Translations under genes and position numbers: made by a program
Shown here: in pieces, positions 39,625-52,648 of the stretch
Layout of the letters: each line of letters opens with the position of its first letter
Position numbering within the stretch: the stretch's first letter is position 1
Assembly: GCA_964016885.1 (NCBI GenBank)
Contig: OZ024742.1
Span: 252,092,001-252,156,000 of the forward strand
Source of the DNA: Eledone cirrhosa
Lineage: Eukaryota
DNA: 64,000 nucleotides
Direction: 5' to 3'
The notes under the pieces: generated by a model
Told to the model about the DNA's origin: nothing
The model's database searches: none
What the model saw: only the letters and a program-made list of their open reading frames with translations

Positions 39625-40653
39625 GGTGCAATAAGTAGCAGCAAGTGCCCACAAAATACTAGCTCTTTCAATTGCGCAGAGGGTTCTATAGAAATAGTGG
39701 ACAGCTTCCGTTACCTGGGCGATAAAATCAGCAGTGGAGGAGGGTGCTCTGAAAGTACTGTAGCTAGAGTCAGAACTGGTTGGAAAAAGTTCAGAGAGCT
39801 TATACCACTATTAGCTGCTAAAGGGTTCTCACTAAAAATGAAAGGCAGGTTGTACGATGCCTGCATACGAACAGCAATGCTGCATGGCAGTGAGACCTGG
39901 GCATTGTGTGCAGAGGATATACGCAGACTAGAGAGGAACGAAGCTTGCATGCTCCGCTGGATGTGTAACAGTAATATACGTGAACGGCAAAGCATAAACA
40001 AACTAAGGAAAAAATTAGAGATAAGAGGGATCAGATGTTGTTTACTCGAGAGAAGGCTACGTTGGTATGGACACGTGATGCGCATGAAAGTCGATAGCTG
40101 TATAACAAAGTGCAGGGCAATAAAGATAGACGGTAGTCACGGAATAGGCAGACCTAGAAAAACCTGGGACGAGCTGATAAACTCCGACATCACACACTTA
40201 CACCTCTCCAAGACAATGTCACTGGACCGAGACCTTTGGCGGTACTCAGTAACAGAGAAGACCCGCCTTACCTAAATATATAGTAAAACCTACTCCAGCC
40301 AGTAGGCATCTCTAACAAAATACACCCCGTCCCACCACCACCACCCCCACCCCATCCACACCACCCCCGTTCTATGTAAAGTTATGTTGGTGCCGCGCCA
40401 TCGAGGCCGAAACAAATGAGATCGTGTAGGTGTCACGACAAAAAAACACACAGTCCACGCTGTAATGTGGCCGTGTAGGCAACACGGTAAAAACCTCCCA
40501 GACCCACACTGTAAATGTGGTTGGTGTTAGGAAGGGCATCCAACTGTAGAAAACCTGCCAGACAGTCCTATGCGAGCAAGACAATCACTCTTGCCTCAAG
40601 TGGGACTACCCCCGTCCAAACCCATGCAAGCGTGGAACACGGACGTTAAACGT

Positions 40654-40685
<32 letters not shown>
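39625..40685 (+). mobile_element. Young 5'-truncated RTE-clade LINE with intact C-terminal frame, 3' UTR and (GAT)n tail
   Basis: Open frame 39625-40275 contains VDSFRYLGD, GWKKFREL, MLHGSETW, RRLRWYGHVMR and GRPRKTW. The 3' UTR contains GTTGGTGTTAGGAAGGGCATCCAACTGTAGAAA, and (GAT)n runs at ~40654-40685. Confidence 0.92.
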
Positions 40686-41002
40686 TGTGTGTGTGTATAT
40701 ATACAAAGGCAATCAATTTGGCAGAGTCATTAAAGGGGATCTCCGTTCTGAGTTCAAATCCTGCCAATAAGCAAAAGCACTAGACATTGTGTATCCTCCA
40801 ACATAGATGTGGTATTTCATGGTATTTGCCAGTTCACAATAGGACCAATAACACTGTTAGAACTCCATGTTGTATGGATATGAATATCTCTCTGAAATAT
40901 GGTGAAAAGAGTTTTTGTTTTTGTGGAAGAATATCCTCATATTAGATTTTGTAGAATATTCCAATGAACTACAGGATCACACACACACACATATATATAT
41001 AT

Positions 41003-41146
41003 ATGATGTGAGAAAAACCACGACCCTCCATCTCAATTCTACTTTTGAAAAGCAGAAGAACTGCGAAACCGGTAAAGGAACCAAATAAATATATATTTAA
41101 AAAAAATAAGACTCCAGTCGCATTTTCGATTTCATCTTTTTTCCTT
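41003..41146 (+). mobile_element. Short PLE pseudo-LTR-like insert in (TA)n carrying a hammerhead-like motif (41042-41077)
   Basis: CUU-UUGAAAA-GCAG-AAGAA-CUGC-GAAA-CCGG-UA-AAG gives stem II, GAAA, palindromic ACCGGU helix III, GUA triplet and helix I CUU/AAG. The core box differs from CUGAAGA by two transitions. (TA)n lies on both sides. Confidence 0.6.
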
Positions 41147-41539
41147 ATATATATATATATATATATATATTTAATACAATAACAGAGATAGTTTAAAGCT
41201 AAACTCTGACTGATAACCATCTCACTCAACAAACATTAGGTTATATTAAAATATAAACCCAATTTAAGTGTTTGGGGTGCTAACAATATGTATAATGTGG
41301 AAAAACCAGTTGTATTATTTTATGAGATATAATTAAAGTTAAAGTATATATATATATAGTAATTTTTAGTTTGAAGTTAATAAATATGCTTGCAGGCCAG
41401 CCAAAAAAACAGCTTTCTGGTGGGGTTTTACTAATTAATATACCAACTCTGTACCTCTAAGCATGCATCAAGTACTTCTCTGATCTGTGGACTTCTTGGT
41501 CTCCTTACTACTAATACTTCATACATAATATATTTACAG

Positions 41540-41830
41540 TTGCGGAGGATGATGAGAATAGAAACAGTGATGAATATTGTGAAGAGAAATGAAATGAGAT
41601 GGTTGGGTAATGTGTTGAGGAAAGATGAAAGAGACTGGGCGAGAGGTGTGACACAAATGAATGTGGAAGGACAGAGAAAAAAAAAGACATGGTTAAGGAT
41701 AATGAATGAGAAAATTAAAGCCAGGGGGTTTGCGTGGGGTATGCAGACATAAGGCAAACTGAAGATTATCAAGGGGCACACAAGACCAACCCTTGCTTTA
41801 GCAGGGAACATGACCATAAAATGATTGTTA
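41540..41830 (+). mobile_element. Decayed RTE LINE 3' end
   Basis: Peptide RNEMRWLGNVLRKDERDWARGVTQMNVEGQR..KTW. Confidence 0.65.
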
Positions 41831-41875
41831 TTGTACACAAACACATTACATACAGAAAAACTTTCAAGAGTTTGT

Positions 41876-42094
41876 TTAACTCTTAACATCCTGTACCATA
41901 TGAAACCACATTAGCGAAACATTCTTGAAAAGTACAAAACAAAACTATGAATACATCCTATTGAAAACTGAAGTCTTTAATTTAATTTATTGTAAATTTT
42001 CCCAGTGATCTATCTATTCATTAGTAAACATTTGAATTAACACATTCGGTTTTAGACATTTCCTGCTAAATCATTACAGGAAGTTAAAAATTAA
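41876..42094. mobile_element. TTAA-flanked MITE, family 2
   Basis: TTAACTCTTAACATCCTGTA ... TACAGGAAGTTAAAAATTAA TIRs. Other copies at 49535-49761, ~10170-10360 and ~60478-60844 (the last with an internal duplication). Confidence 0.7.
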
Positions 42095-43374
42095 CAGATC
42101 AGAGAGAAATCAACTTTAATTTTAACTAGCTGTGCTGACATTTGTTTTCATTATATTTCAATAGGTTAATAAATGAAGAAGAATTAAAACTGCAAAATAA
42201 CCAAAGTATATAATGATTCTGATCTTATACCTTTGAAGTTGATATTTTTTTTAGCTTTTAACAATATGGAAGCATAATAAACAGAGTACATTCATTATTT
42301 ATTGTCATCAATAATTTTATGTTTTTTTGTTTTTTGTACACATCAGTGTCTATAGATGGTCTGTATTATTAGATTTTCAATTATTTTACTGTCATCTGCC
42401 ACAGCAGCAGATGTCGAACGTTTCTGGAGTATTGGATTTTCCACATCCATTAATCACATCAGCATATGGTAGATAGGTATATAATAATGCCTCTCCAGCT
42501 CTTTTACACTGATGGATGTTCCTCATAGAAAAGCTTTTAAAAATACTTCCCCAAGATGGATAATACTGAAACCTAGTGCATAACACATTTTCAAACACCT
42601 TAAGCCACTTGTTTCCATCACATACCCAAATATCACATTTAGCATCTATTTTCATTGACATATTCACACGTATCTCATATCTAATCTACTTATTGTCTAC
42701 ATACTATGGCAATAAAATATCATACATTTGTCATTTGTATAACACAATCTATCATTCATACTAATATGTGATATAAAAGAAAATTTCAGGATACATACAT
42801 TAAAGGTAAAAATCAAAGGTTTGATATTTCTCATATAGCATGATATGCTTATGCATTTTCTTCAACTGACTTGAAACAGCAATGAAATAAATATCTTTGT
42901 CTAAATGTAATAACAGCTACACTGAGAAGTTAAAAATACAGTACTAAATGTTGTTCTCTATTCCTGGTCTATTGCTTTTGTCCAAAACAATTCATCTCAC
43001 CACATCACATAACTAATTCTTAATCTTTCTGGTATTCAATTCAATTAACATGCCATTGATCCAAGATCTGTCAATTCTATCCTTCATCTGTAATATTCTC
43101 AATACTAAATATCTCTGGCATTGTGCTGTACTGTAAAAACACCTACCTTCCTCTGTGTACAGGATGAAACAAACATGTAGAGGACACTAGTCTTATCTTT
43201 GCCCCTCCCCATTTTTAATATTCCAGTCACCAGCTAGATATCCTGCACACCTCATCCATGTCAAACTTGCTGACTTTTTCCCCCTCAAAATCTTCACCTC
43301 TGATATACTTCTGCTCAACCCACACATCAAGCATGAAAGCTGAACACACTCCACATCTAATCTCCTAATCTGTT

Positions 43375-43810
43375 GCCACAACAAAAAAGCACTAAGTCTA
43401 CCTTGTCTGCTGATCTGCTACAACAAAAGCACCCTATGCATCATGTATGGTGGTCCTGTTGGTGACAACAAAAAGCACCCAGCCCGTCTGGTATTGTGGT
43501 CATGCTGGTGACACAACAAAAATCACCCAGTCCATCCTGTATCGTAGTTGTGCTGATGACATAACAAAAAGCACCCAGTCCATCCTGCAAGGTGGTCATG
43601 CTGGTGACATGACAAAAAAGCACCCAGTTCACCCTGTAAAATGATCATTTTGAGGCAACGATAAAAAGCACCCAGTCCTCACTGTAACATACCAAACCAA
43701 AATACAGATCCATATGAGCAAGACATGGTCACCTGACCTGACTTGTCTCATAGTGCGACAACTTATCTAACCCATGGAAGTATGGAAAATGGACATTAAA
43801 CAATGATGAC
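43375..43810 (+). mobile_element. RTE-tail SINE with an expanded array of ~40-50-bp AAAAAGCACCCAG modules
   Basis: About 7 repeats of ACAAAAAGCACCCAGTCC..GTGGT..GGTGAC, followed by CCCATGGAAGTATGGAAAATGGACATTAAACAATGATGA. Confidence 0.65.
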
Positions 43811-44749
43811 TGCATACTAAATATTAGTCTTTCTCTAAAGACCAGAAAATACTTGAGCGCTGATCAGTGGGTGACCTACAAAAGTTGCAAAAATAGCTTC
43901 CGCTCTTCTAAACTAGGAATTTGTGAACTACTTCCATCAAAGCTCACTAATGTATCTGTATATCCTTTTTTTCGTGATTCACATTGTCCCATTCACAAAC
44001 TCCACCTTAAGCACTTTACTCAATCACCACAAACTATTACTCTCTGAAATCTCTTTTCTGAGAGGCATTAACCTACAGAATTTTAAATCCACTACACCTT
44101 ACAAGTCTGGGTGAGCCTGCAAAAGTCAGGAACAATGGCCCTTAGCCTTCAACTAGAAATATATTTATGTAACTGATAATGATAGATGGAGAAAGAATTT
44201 TATTTTTACTAAATACTTAAACTGTGACTGCCTCGAATCCATTTAATGGAGTTGGGAAGTCGGTATTTTGAGATGGCAGGGTAGTATTACTATGCTGGTT
44301 TGGTGAGGAAAATGGGTAACATTTTTGCAATAATAATGAATAGTAATTCAAATTGAACAGTGAATTTTCACAGTTATAGAAATGAAAATCTCTGTATTGT
44401 TAACAGAAAGAAAATCCAATAATTGGATTATTTGTCTAAATTCAGGAGAAAATCTTGACAGAAGCTATTAGGAGTGACTCGAAGATGCTGCTTGTGCAAC
44501 ACTCCTTAAACATAGTAATAGAACACATCCAATTAATACAATTTAATGGGTCCGTCAGATGTAATAATTACATAAATTCAGTCTAAAATATATTAATGTC
44601 ACAATTTCAAAAACAATCCAAAAATTCCGTTATTTATTTTTATTATGAGGGTGAAGGAGATAATAACTGATTAAACTAATTTTAGTAAATTATCTTATAT
44701 ATTTTATTAAACCTGATAGAAAGAAGTGAAGTATCATACAAAATACCAG

Positions 44750-45010
44750 AAATTACAGAGTTTAAAGAAATTTTAGAACTGCACAAATCTTTGAGGCAGT
44801 ACCATGACCCAGTGTTTAATATTTTGAGTCTGAAAATCATTTGTAATGGCTATTTTTTAACATTTTATGAGTGTTTTAAGTCTTTTAAACATTATTTACT
44901 ATGTAAGCACATGTAGTATTTTAAACAAAATGTAAACTTACTTCACAAAACTAAATTTAAAACTACACAACCAGGGGTCAACTGTATGTTAAAATAATCA
45001 CTGATAAATT
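44750..45010 (+). repeat. Unclassified dispersed repeat (second copy ~59970-60195)
   Basis: Both copies share GAAATTTTAGAACTxCACAAATCTTTGAGGCAG ... TAAGCACATGTA ... CAGGGGxCAAC ... TTAAAATAATCACTG. Confidence 0.65.
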
Positions 45011-45718
45011 ATCAAGATTATTTATATCACTGAAACCAAATTATTAGTAATACACAGTATCAGTATTCAAAATAACATTAGCTACCATTAGAAACATTTA
45101 GCATGACTGAGTAAAATGAAACGAGTTAGCCTGACAAATGTTTTTTAAAAATATCACCTGCAAGCCGGTCTTAGATAACTAATCATCCTCATCATTTTTA
45201 AAATCTATTTTCCAAGCTTTGATAGGTTGTTACAATCTGAGACTAGACAAGTTAGATGTGGTCTATTTATTTTTTTCAGGTTCTTGTAAATGAAGCTTTT
45301 TTTTTTTTTTTTGCAATTTTTAAAATATGTAAAGCCTATTTTGTTGCATGTAAGAAACAGTTGATTTCCCGATGCGAGTGTAAGCTTCTCTTGCGTTTTC
45401 AGACCTATCTAAATCCAAAAGCACAAGCTACAGGGACTTGAGTTCTGGCTCATTTGTAATAGGTGTAGAACTAAATAAATTGTGAGATTTTGGGACACGA
45501 TACCATTTAAATAAAATTTAAATGAACTATTAAAAATGGCTATAAACAATTAAATTACAGTGTTTAAAGGCTGTCGCAAGATTTTCATGCAATTTCAGAC
45601 ATAGCTATATTGTGATTCATTATCTGTAGGGAGCTCAGTTTTGATACACTGGTACAGGGTATAAAACTTAATCCTCTCTAAGTTTGGAGCTTTACAATAC
45701 ATTTAATAGGTATCCCTG

Positions 45719-45928
45719 TAGAGCTCCATGGAAGGGGCGACATGCACAGTTTGCTTGATCATTTTCATGTCAAAATATATATTTTTTTTGTGGACAATTA
45801 TATATCATTTGATAGTTCTGGATGTGATCTTTCTTCTCATATACTTTTGATCAAAATCTGACACATATCATAAAAAAACGATTTTTGCATGGTCAAACTG
45901 TGCTTGTTGCCCCTTTTCGAAGCCCTAC
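45719..45928. mobile_element. MITE with ~35-bp imperfect TIRs
   Basis: TAGAGCTCCATGGAAGGGGCGACATGCACAGTTTG pairs with CAAACTGTGCTTGTTGCCCCTTTTCGAAGCCCTA. Confidence 0.6.
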
Positions 45929-46204
45929 TACAATACATTACAGTGTGGGCTGGGTGAATTTTATTGTGGCACCAACACAACAAAACAGCACATACAAAAA
46001 AAAAAAAAAGCTTAAAGTTAGAAACACATTCAGGGTTACATGAAAGATAAAATATAATATTACAAAGATGAAGCCAAGTCTCAGTTTTAAACCCTAAAAA
46101 TTATTTTTCACATATACATGTAAAAAAAAAAAAAAAAAAAAAAAAAATGTTCCATCCTTGATTAAAGGTTTATAAAAACAGATGCATATGTGTGCATGGG
46201 TGCA

Positions 46205-46585
46205 TCATCATCATTTTACGTCCGCTTTTCCCTGCTTGCAAGGGTGGGACAGGAACTGATTCTGGCTTGATTTCTACAGCTGGATGCCCTTCCTAACACC
46301 AACCTCATTTACAGTGAGTGGTGGGTGCTTTTTTTCCGTGGCGCCTACATGTCCACTTTACAGTGTGAACTGGGTGCTTTTTTGCTGTGGCACCTCCACA
46401 CCCACTTTGCAGTGGAGTGATAGGGACCCCAGTCCTATCATCTCATTTCTACAGCTGAGTAAACTGGAGCAATGTGAAATAAAGTGCCTTGCTCAAGGAA
46501 ACAACACATCACCCGGTCTGAGAATTGAACTCACAACCTTTCGATTGCAAGCCCAATGCTCTAACCACTAAAACATGTGCTTCCC
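46205..46585 (-). mobile_element. Young tRNA/RTE-tail SINE
   Basis: Near-identical to 5141-5470 but with an extra internal module. Confidence 0.9.
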
Positions 46586-47748
46586 TAAGCATGTATGTAT
46601 CAAAATGAAAATGTCTGGAATATTACTTATGATTCACTTAATTTATTTGGCAGTTTAAGACAATGTTATTCCACATACAGATCATCATCCTCCTTGATGT
46701 TTCTAGTTTTCCTTCAGGCTACACAGACTGATTGAGCTTGAAATACAACAGTAATTTCAGTCCTGCATTATCTCATCTATGGAGTCCAGGTTGAATGAAC
46801 AACCACTTATTCAGGTTTGTTTTAGTAATATCATCATTAATTTTACCTGTGAGCTAGGTTTATAAAATTAATTTGTGTATATGAGTGTGTGTGTGTGTCT
46901 GTGTGTGTGTGTGTGTGGTGTGCAGATGTGTGTATATGTGCGTGTAGTCTGTGTAGGTGTGATGTGTGCATATGTACATGTACACACTCTGGGTGTATGT
47001 ATTTACATATTTTACATGTATTTACATAGTTATCTTTCTATACACATTCATCTTATATTACAGTCAATTATTAATGCCATCTATCTAGTAAAAATGTAAA
47101 AATTAATATCAACCTAATAGTGTTTTACGTCCATCTCAAGATCACATCTGATATCGATATCAAGAGATTGTCTAAAATATATCATGTGGATAATAAATGT
47201 CACATACTGAATAATCAAGAAGTATACAGAAAAATAGAATATATTAAAAAAAATAATTAAAAAAAAAAAAAAAAAAAATCATTAAAAATACATACATACA
47301 TTTATTTTTTTTCTAATAGTGAAGTTAATTTATTTGATTAGGTGATTTAGTGAGAAGTTCAAAGAAATGTTGATTCAATTTGCTCTAATGATTTCTTAGA
47401 TATTTAAGAAAATATATTGCTGAAATATTGAGAACAATAATTGATGTCTGTGGTTTACTTTAAGAAAAAATTAAATAAAATATGCCTACAGTAGTAATTG
47501 TAGCTCAATACCGTTTTTTTTCTCTTTCTCTAACCTGGTTTCAATATTTACAGAAACAGAGGAAAAAAGATACATGTTTAATTCATTTATGTTAAAAAAA
47601 AAGAGAAAAAACAGAACAGGGGAAAAAAGAATGGATATATATTATATATATACATACAGGAGATTTACTGCTGACTAAAGAATTGGTATATGTGCTTTGT
47701 ACGTAGATATAGAGATGTATGTCTTTGTACGAATGTGTATATGTATGT

Positions 47749-47781
<33 letters not shown>

Positions 47782-47916
47782 GAGAGAAAGAGTCTGAGGT
47801 ACTGAAACAAAGGAGACCACAAATCATGGGAGTACTCAATGTATGGGGAGATGCAGAGTGGGTATATAGATAGGTATTATGCCTGTATATATATATATAT
47901 ATATATAATATATATA

Positions 47917-48720
47917 GAGTCTTTTAGGCCTACTGGCCATCACATAATTGGACCAGTTGGAGCACACAGCGCTCAGTACCTGCCACTATATAGCTCCTTC
48001 TTCTCTAGGTATGTTGATGATATCTTTATCACACAAAAAAGCCATCAACATTTACAATATCTTTGAAAACTAGATCCCTCTGTCTACATGACTTCACAAT
48101 AAGAGTCACAGAGAAGGGATCCATACAAATCAAATTTTAGAGGAAAAATGCCTGCAGAGACATTTTTGTGAACCATGACTCCACCATTCCCTACAGAGCC
48201 AAAATGGCCTATATGTGGAATGAGATCTCTTGGATCTGCAACAGATGCAGCAACAGACATACCGGCATGATGGAATTCCAGAGAGTTCTCACCGAAAACA
48301 GCCGCCCTACTTCTCTCACCAAGGCAGCAACACGTACAATGCCAAGGCAGCAACACGTACAAAAACGAGGAGGACACATACCCCCAAGGATAAGATATGT
48401 TACCTAAAGCTGCCACATTTCAATGAGAAGATGACAGTTACCATCAGACAAGCCATCCATAGGGAGGGACTGAATATATGGCTGGCACACTCAGAACCCT
48501 TATTGACATCAACCCACATACAGTGATATATGCACACTTCCTAATTGTCAATAATGCAGAAATGTGTGTGAGAGCATATGTTGTCTATAAGATCTGATGC
48601 CAAAAATGTAGCTCCTTGTATCATCCAAAGGCTACACACGCAGATCAAAGAGCACATGATGATGATGAGAGCCTCTTCTAGTAAATATCTTGACAGATAC
48701 TGCAGCCAAGACTTTCAGGT
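47917..48720 (+). mobile_element. Decayed Penelope-like element (RT motif C to GIY-YIG) after (TA)n
   Basis: Peptides FFSRYVDDIFI, YLKLPHFNEKMTVTIRQAI, a Cys-rich linker, VVYKI*CQKC and RLHTQIKEH, with frameshifts and internal deletions. Confidence 0.8.
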
Positions 48721-50429
48721 CATCGGTTGGAGATGGCTACTTCTGACAGGACCCGCTGGATGGGGTGTTTGAGGACTCTGCCCCAACAATCCTCTCAGAA
48801 ATAAGTGGGCAAAAAAGAAGAAAAAGGAATTCAAACAATATCAACTAGAAAATCATTTGTCCTTATATAAGAGTATGTGAGTGTGTGTGTGTGTGTGTGT
48901 GCATATGAAGTATAAATGCCATTGCATGTGTGGATCGATACATTCTGGCTTTTTTATGTATCCACATAAACAGAAGCTAAACTTCTGGAACGTTTTGCAT
49001 ATTTTCACAGTGGCATCAATGTACTGTAGTGGACGCAGCATGTCCAAATGATTAAGAAGTTTACTTTGCAATCATTAGGTCCCAGGTTCAATCCCACTGT
49101 GTGGCATCTTGAGCAAATGTGATTTCCCATAACCTCAGATTAACCCATGCCTTGTGAATGAAGTTGGATAGATGGAAACTGTTTGGAATCCTGTTGGATG
49201 AACTGTAATTCAATGGGCTGGCCTTGCTATACGGTACCATGTTGAATCTGCCAGTGAATCGTGTTAAGGGCACACATGTCTGTGGAATTCTCAGTCACTT
49301 GAAGGATAATTTCATGAGCAGGCTGCCCTATTGATGGAAAAACTGGAATACTAATTGTTGAAGATTTATTCCAATGTATTGTAGCTGTAATTTCCTAATT
49401 CTACAGCTCCCCAAGATATGTATGTATATGGACTTCACTGTGATAAATGACAGTTCCAGTTTCTATAATCCAAAACATCATCAGAGAGATGAAGAAAGAG
49501 AGATGGTAGGAGAGATTGAATAAGATAGAATCTTTTAACTCTTAACATCCTGTACTATATGAAACCACATTAGCAAAAGATTCTCGAAGACTACAAAACA
49601 GTACTATAACTGCATCACATGAAAAAAAATCTGTCTTTACTTAAGTTTATTGCAAATTTTCATTACAATCTGTCCACTAATAAAGATACTATAAACTATT
49701 GAATTAATAAACCTGTTTTTAGATATGTTGTGCTAAATCATTACAGGATGTTAAAATTTAATGCAGAGAGAAAGAGATACATACAAAACCATTAGAGATG
49801 AAAAGATTGTGTTGCATTGCAAGGTGTCTTTAACCACCAATGGAATTGAACTTAAGGATTCCAGCCTGAAGAGTACAAACACCAATGAATCTGATGTCCT
49901 ATTGCCATGTAGAGATAGGAATAAAACTATTTTATACCACTAGGTTTCAAGTGGTTATGTTGGTAGGTACAGACAGACCAGAGTATAAAAAAAAAAAAAA
50001 AAAAAAAAAAAAATTGTTGACATCTTGTTAACACCCTTATATTTTTGAAGGTTGTCCCTTTGGATTTACTTGTAACTTTTTTGACAAAAATGTTTTTAAG
50101 TCTTTCCAAACTTCTTTGTTTGGCTCCTGTACATTTTGTGCAATTTTAAGTGCCTCCTTTCCATCCAGTATTAGAGAAGTTATGAAATATGTAGGAAATA
50201 AGTATTTGACAGGTTGAAGAAGTTTTTAAAGTTCTGTTGCGTTGAAATAATTCATCATGGCTATGTTAGCAGAGACTCTACGGACAATTTTGAGAAGAAT
50301 CTAAACTATAATAAAGTAGAGAGTGAGGGACTGCATACAGTTTATTTCATTTAATCCAGTTAGTAAAATAAGTTGGATTACTTTGAATAAATAATGAATG
50401 AATATTATATAATTTATGTACTAAATTAA

Positions 50430-50700
50430 ATTTCAGCTGTAGAAATGAGATGATAGGGACTGGGATCCATATCATTCCACTGTAGAGTGGTCGTGGAGGT
50501 GCCACAGCAAAAAACCACCCAGCCCACACTGTAAAGTGGACGTGTAGGCACCACGGAAAAAAAAAAGCACCCAGCACTCACTGTAAATGAGGTTGGTGTT
50601 AGGAAGGGCATCCAGCTGTAGAAATCAAGCCAGAATCAGTTCCCGTCCCACCCTTGCAAGGAGGGAAAAGCGGACGTAAAATGAAATGATGATGATGATA
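50430..50700 (+). mobile_element. 5'-truncated young tRNA/RTE-tail SINE
   Basis: Same family as 5141-5470, with a (GAT)n tail at ~50686-50699. Confidence 0.9.
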
Positions 50701-51269
50701 AATATTAATATAAATAATTTTATTGCTTATTTAAAATTGACTTCTTTTCGAAGTTTCAAATTTCTATACTTCTGGTATATCGCCGCCTCCACCACCACTT
50801 CAACTACCATATATATAGGAAGAGAGAGTGTGATGAGAGAGATACTCATAGAGTGATTATGATTTTCTACTCGCTGACATGTATCTATGTGTATGTGCAC
50901 ATACAGATGTATGTATGAGTATATAACTGAGTATATAACTATGAGTATATAACTATAATCGCGCAAACATAAACTTATAAAAATACACGCTCACGGACAT
51001 ACATTCACACAAATACACATACTTTCAAACAAACACATACATACATTCACACATATATATTTACACAAACACACACATACAGTCAAGATAGCAGCATTCG
51101 GTGAATTGGAAATGGGAGGGTAAAACAAGTATAACGCTTTATTTATTTATTAACTCTTTTTAAACTCATTTAATATCATGGTTACAAAACAAAAACACTA
51201 ACAAATATAATATATACAAAGGAAAGGAAAAAAATACACAAGCACGTAATACACACATCTAAGACCACA

Positions 51270-51534
51270 TATGCTGGAAAATGTAGTTAGTTAAAAGAAC
51301 ACGGAATTTTAGGATTTTGTTCGGTTTTGCTGCGGATGCTGTAGCTCTCGCGTTTACCGCTGCATCCAGGATGTGGGAAGAAGCAAAAGAGTCACTAACT
51401 GTGACGTCCCAGGTAAGGCACCTGCCTCTTGACTAGGAGCACAGAGTAAGATCATCAAGTCTTTTCCCAACAATTCAGGACAACCCAGACGGTTCCAAAA
51501 TTGAGGGGATGTTTTCCCGGGCCAAAGCTCTTAA
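51270..51534 (-). pseudogene. Restriction-like endonuclease domain fragment of a CRE-type non-LTR retrotransposon
   Basis: Minus-strand LRALARENIPSILEPSGLS*IVGKRLDDLTLCS*SRGRCLTWDVTVSDSFASSH..ATASAAKPNKILKF..NYIFQ matches the EPxGLxRxDGKRPDGxTxxPWxxGxxLxWDVT motif, with two in-frame stops. Confidence 0.8.
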
Positions 51535-51644
51535 GTGGTAATAGGACAGTGTTAGAGACACGTGTGTGTGTGTCACTGTTAAGTTAGACATATATGTGTG
51601 TATACGTTTCCTTCCTTTTACACACATACATTCACACAAACACA

Positions 51645-52648
51645 CATACACATTGTGTGATGGACGGGTGAACAGAAGTCCCTCAAATTTATATACATGT
51701 GAATGGAGTTCTACTGATGCAGTTAGAGAAGTTCAAGTATCTTGGAGCCGTGTTCATGAGTGATGAAATGCAGGAGGCTAAATTCATTTCATCATCATCA
51801 TTTCATTTTACGTCCGCTTTTTCCCTGCTTGCAAGGGTGGGACGGGAACTGATTCTGGCTTGATTTCTGCAGCTGGATGCCCTTCCTAACACCAACCTCA
51901 TTTACAGTGAGTGCTGAGTGCTTTTTTTCCGTGGCACCTCCACGACCCCAGTCCCTATCATCTCATTTCTACAGCTGAGTAAACTGGAGCAATATGAAAT
52001 AAAGTGTCTTGCTCAAGGAAACAACACATCACCCGGTCTGAGAATTGAACTCACAACCTTTCGATTGCAAGGCCAATGCTCTAACCACTAAAGTGTAAGA
52101 ATTGCAAAAGCTGATGCAGTAATGCGCCAGCCTCGGCAATCAGATGAAGTGGGGTAGGTGTAAAAGCCAAACTCGCTGTGTTCCTGGTATTCCTGCCAAC
52201 TCTTACCAAAGATCATGAATCTTGAGTAATGACCAAAAGAATACAATTGAAAATAAAAGTGGCAGAAATGAGATTCCTCCGAAGGGTCTTTGGAGTAACG
52301 TTACTCGATAAAGTGCATAGCTCAGAGACCAGTGAGTCACTCCTGGTAGAGCCGCTACTTCTCCGAATTGAGAGATCACAACTCCGATATTATGAGCATG
52401 TGGTTAGAATGTCTCAGTAAAGATTTGCTGGACTGATTTTACAGGCAAAACCAAACAGCAAGGGACCTAGAGGTAGACCCTGAGCAAGATAGTTGGATAA
52501 CATCCATGAGCTTGGCTGGTCACGCTTTGGGATCCAGCTGGATCAGTTTGTGAGAAGCAAACTTCTCACAGACATGCTGGAAGGAGTGTTTGAGGAGGAC
52601 TGTGCCCTCACAACCTTCTCAGAAATAAGTGGGTCGAAGAAGAAGATA
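51645..52648 (+). mobile_element. RTE-clade (Rex3/Expander-like) LINE 3' fragment interrupted by a SINE at 51785-52092
   Basis: Peptides EKFKYLGAVFMSD, AEMRFLRRVFGVTLLDKV, EPLLLRIERSQLRYYEHVVRM and GPRGRP, with a (GAA)n-like tail. Further 3'-end copies at ~48730-48825 and ~60900-61112. Confidence 0.85.

Noticed and set aside
42300-42667. Minus-strand frame interrupted only by TGA codons (possible selenocysteine or recoding) and a 91-aa ORF
   Set aside because: There is no recognisable protein family, SECIS element or clear splice boundaries, so it is compatible with chance.
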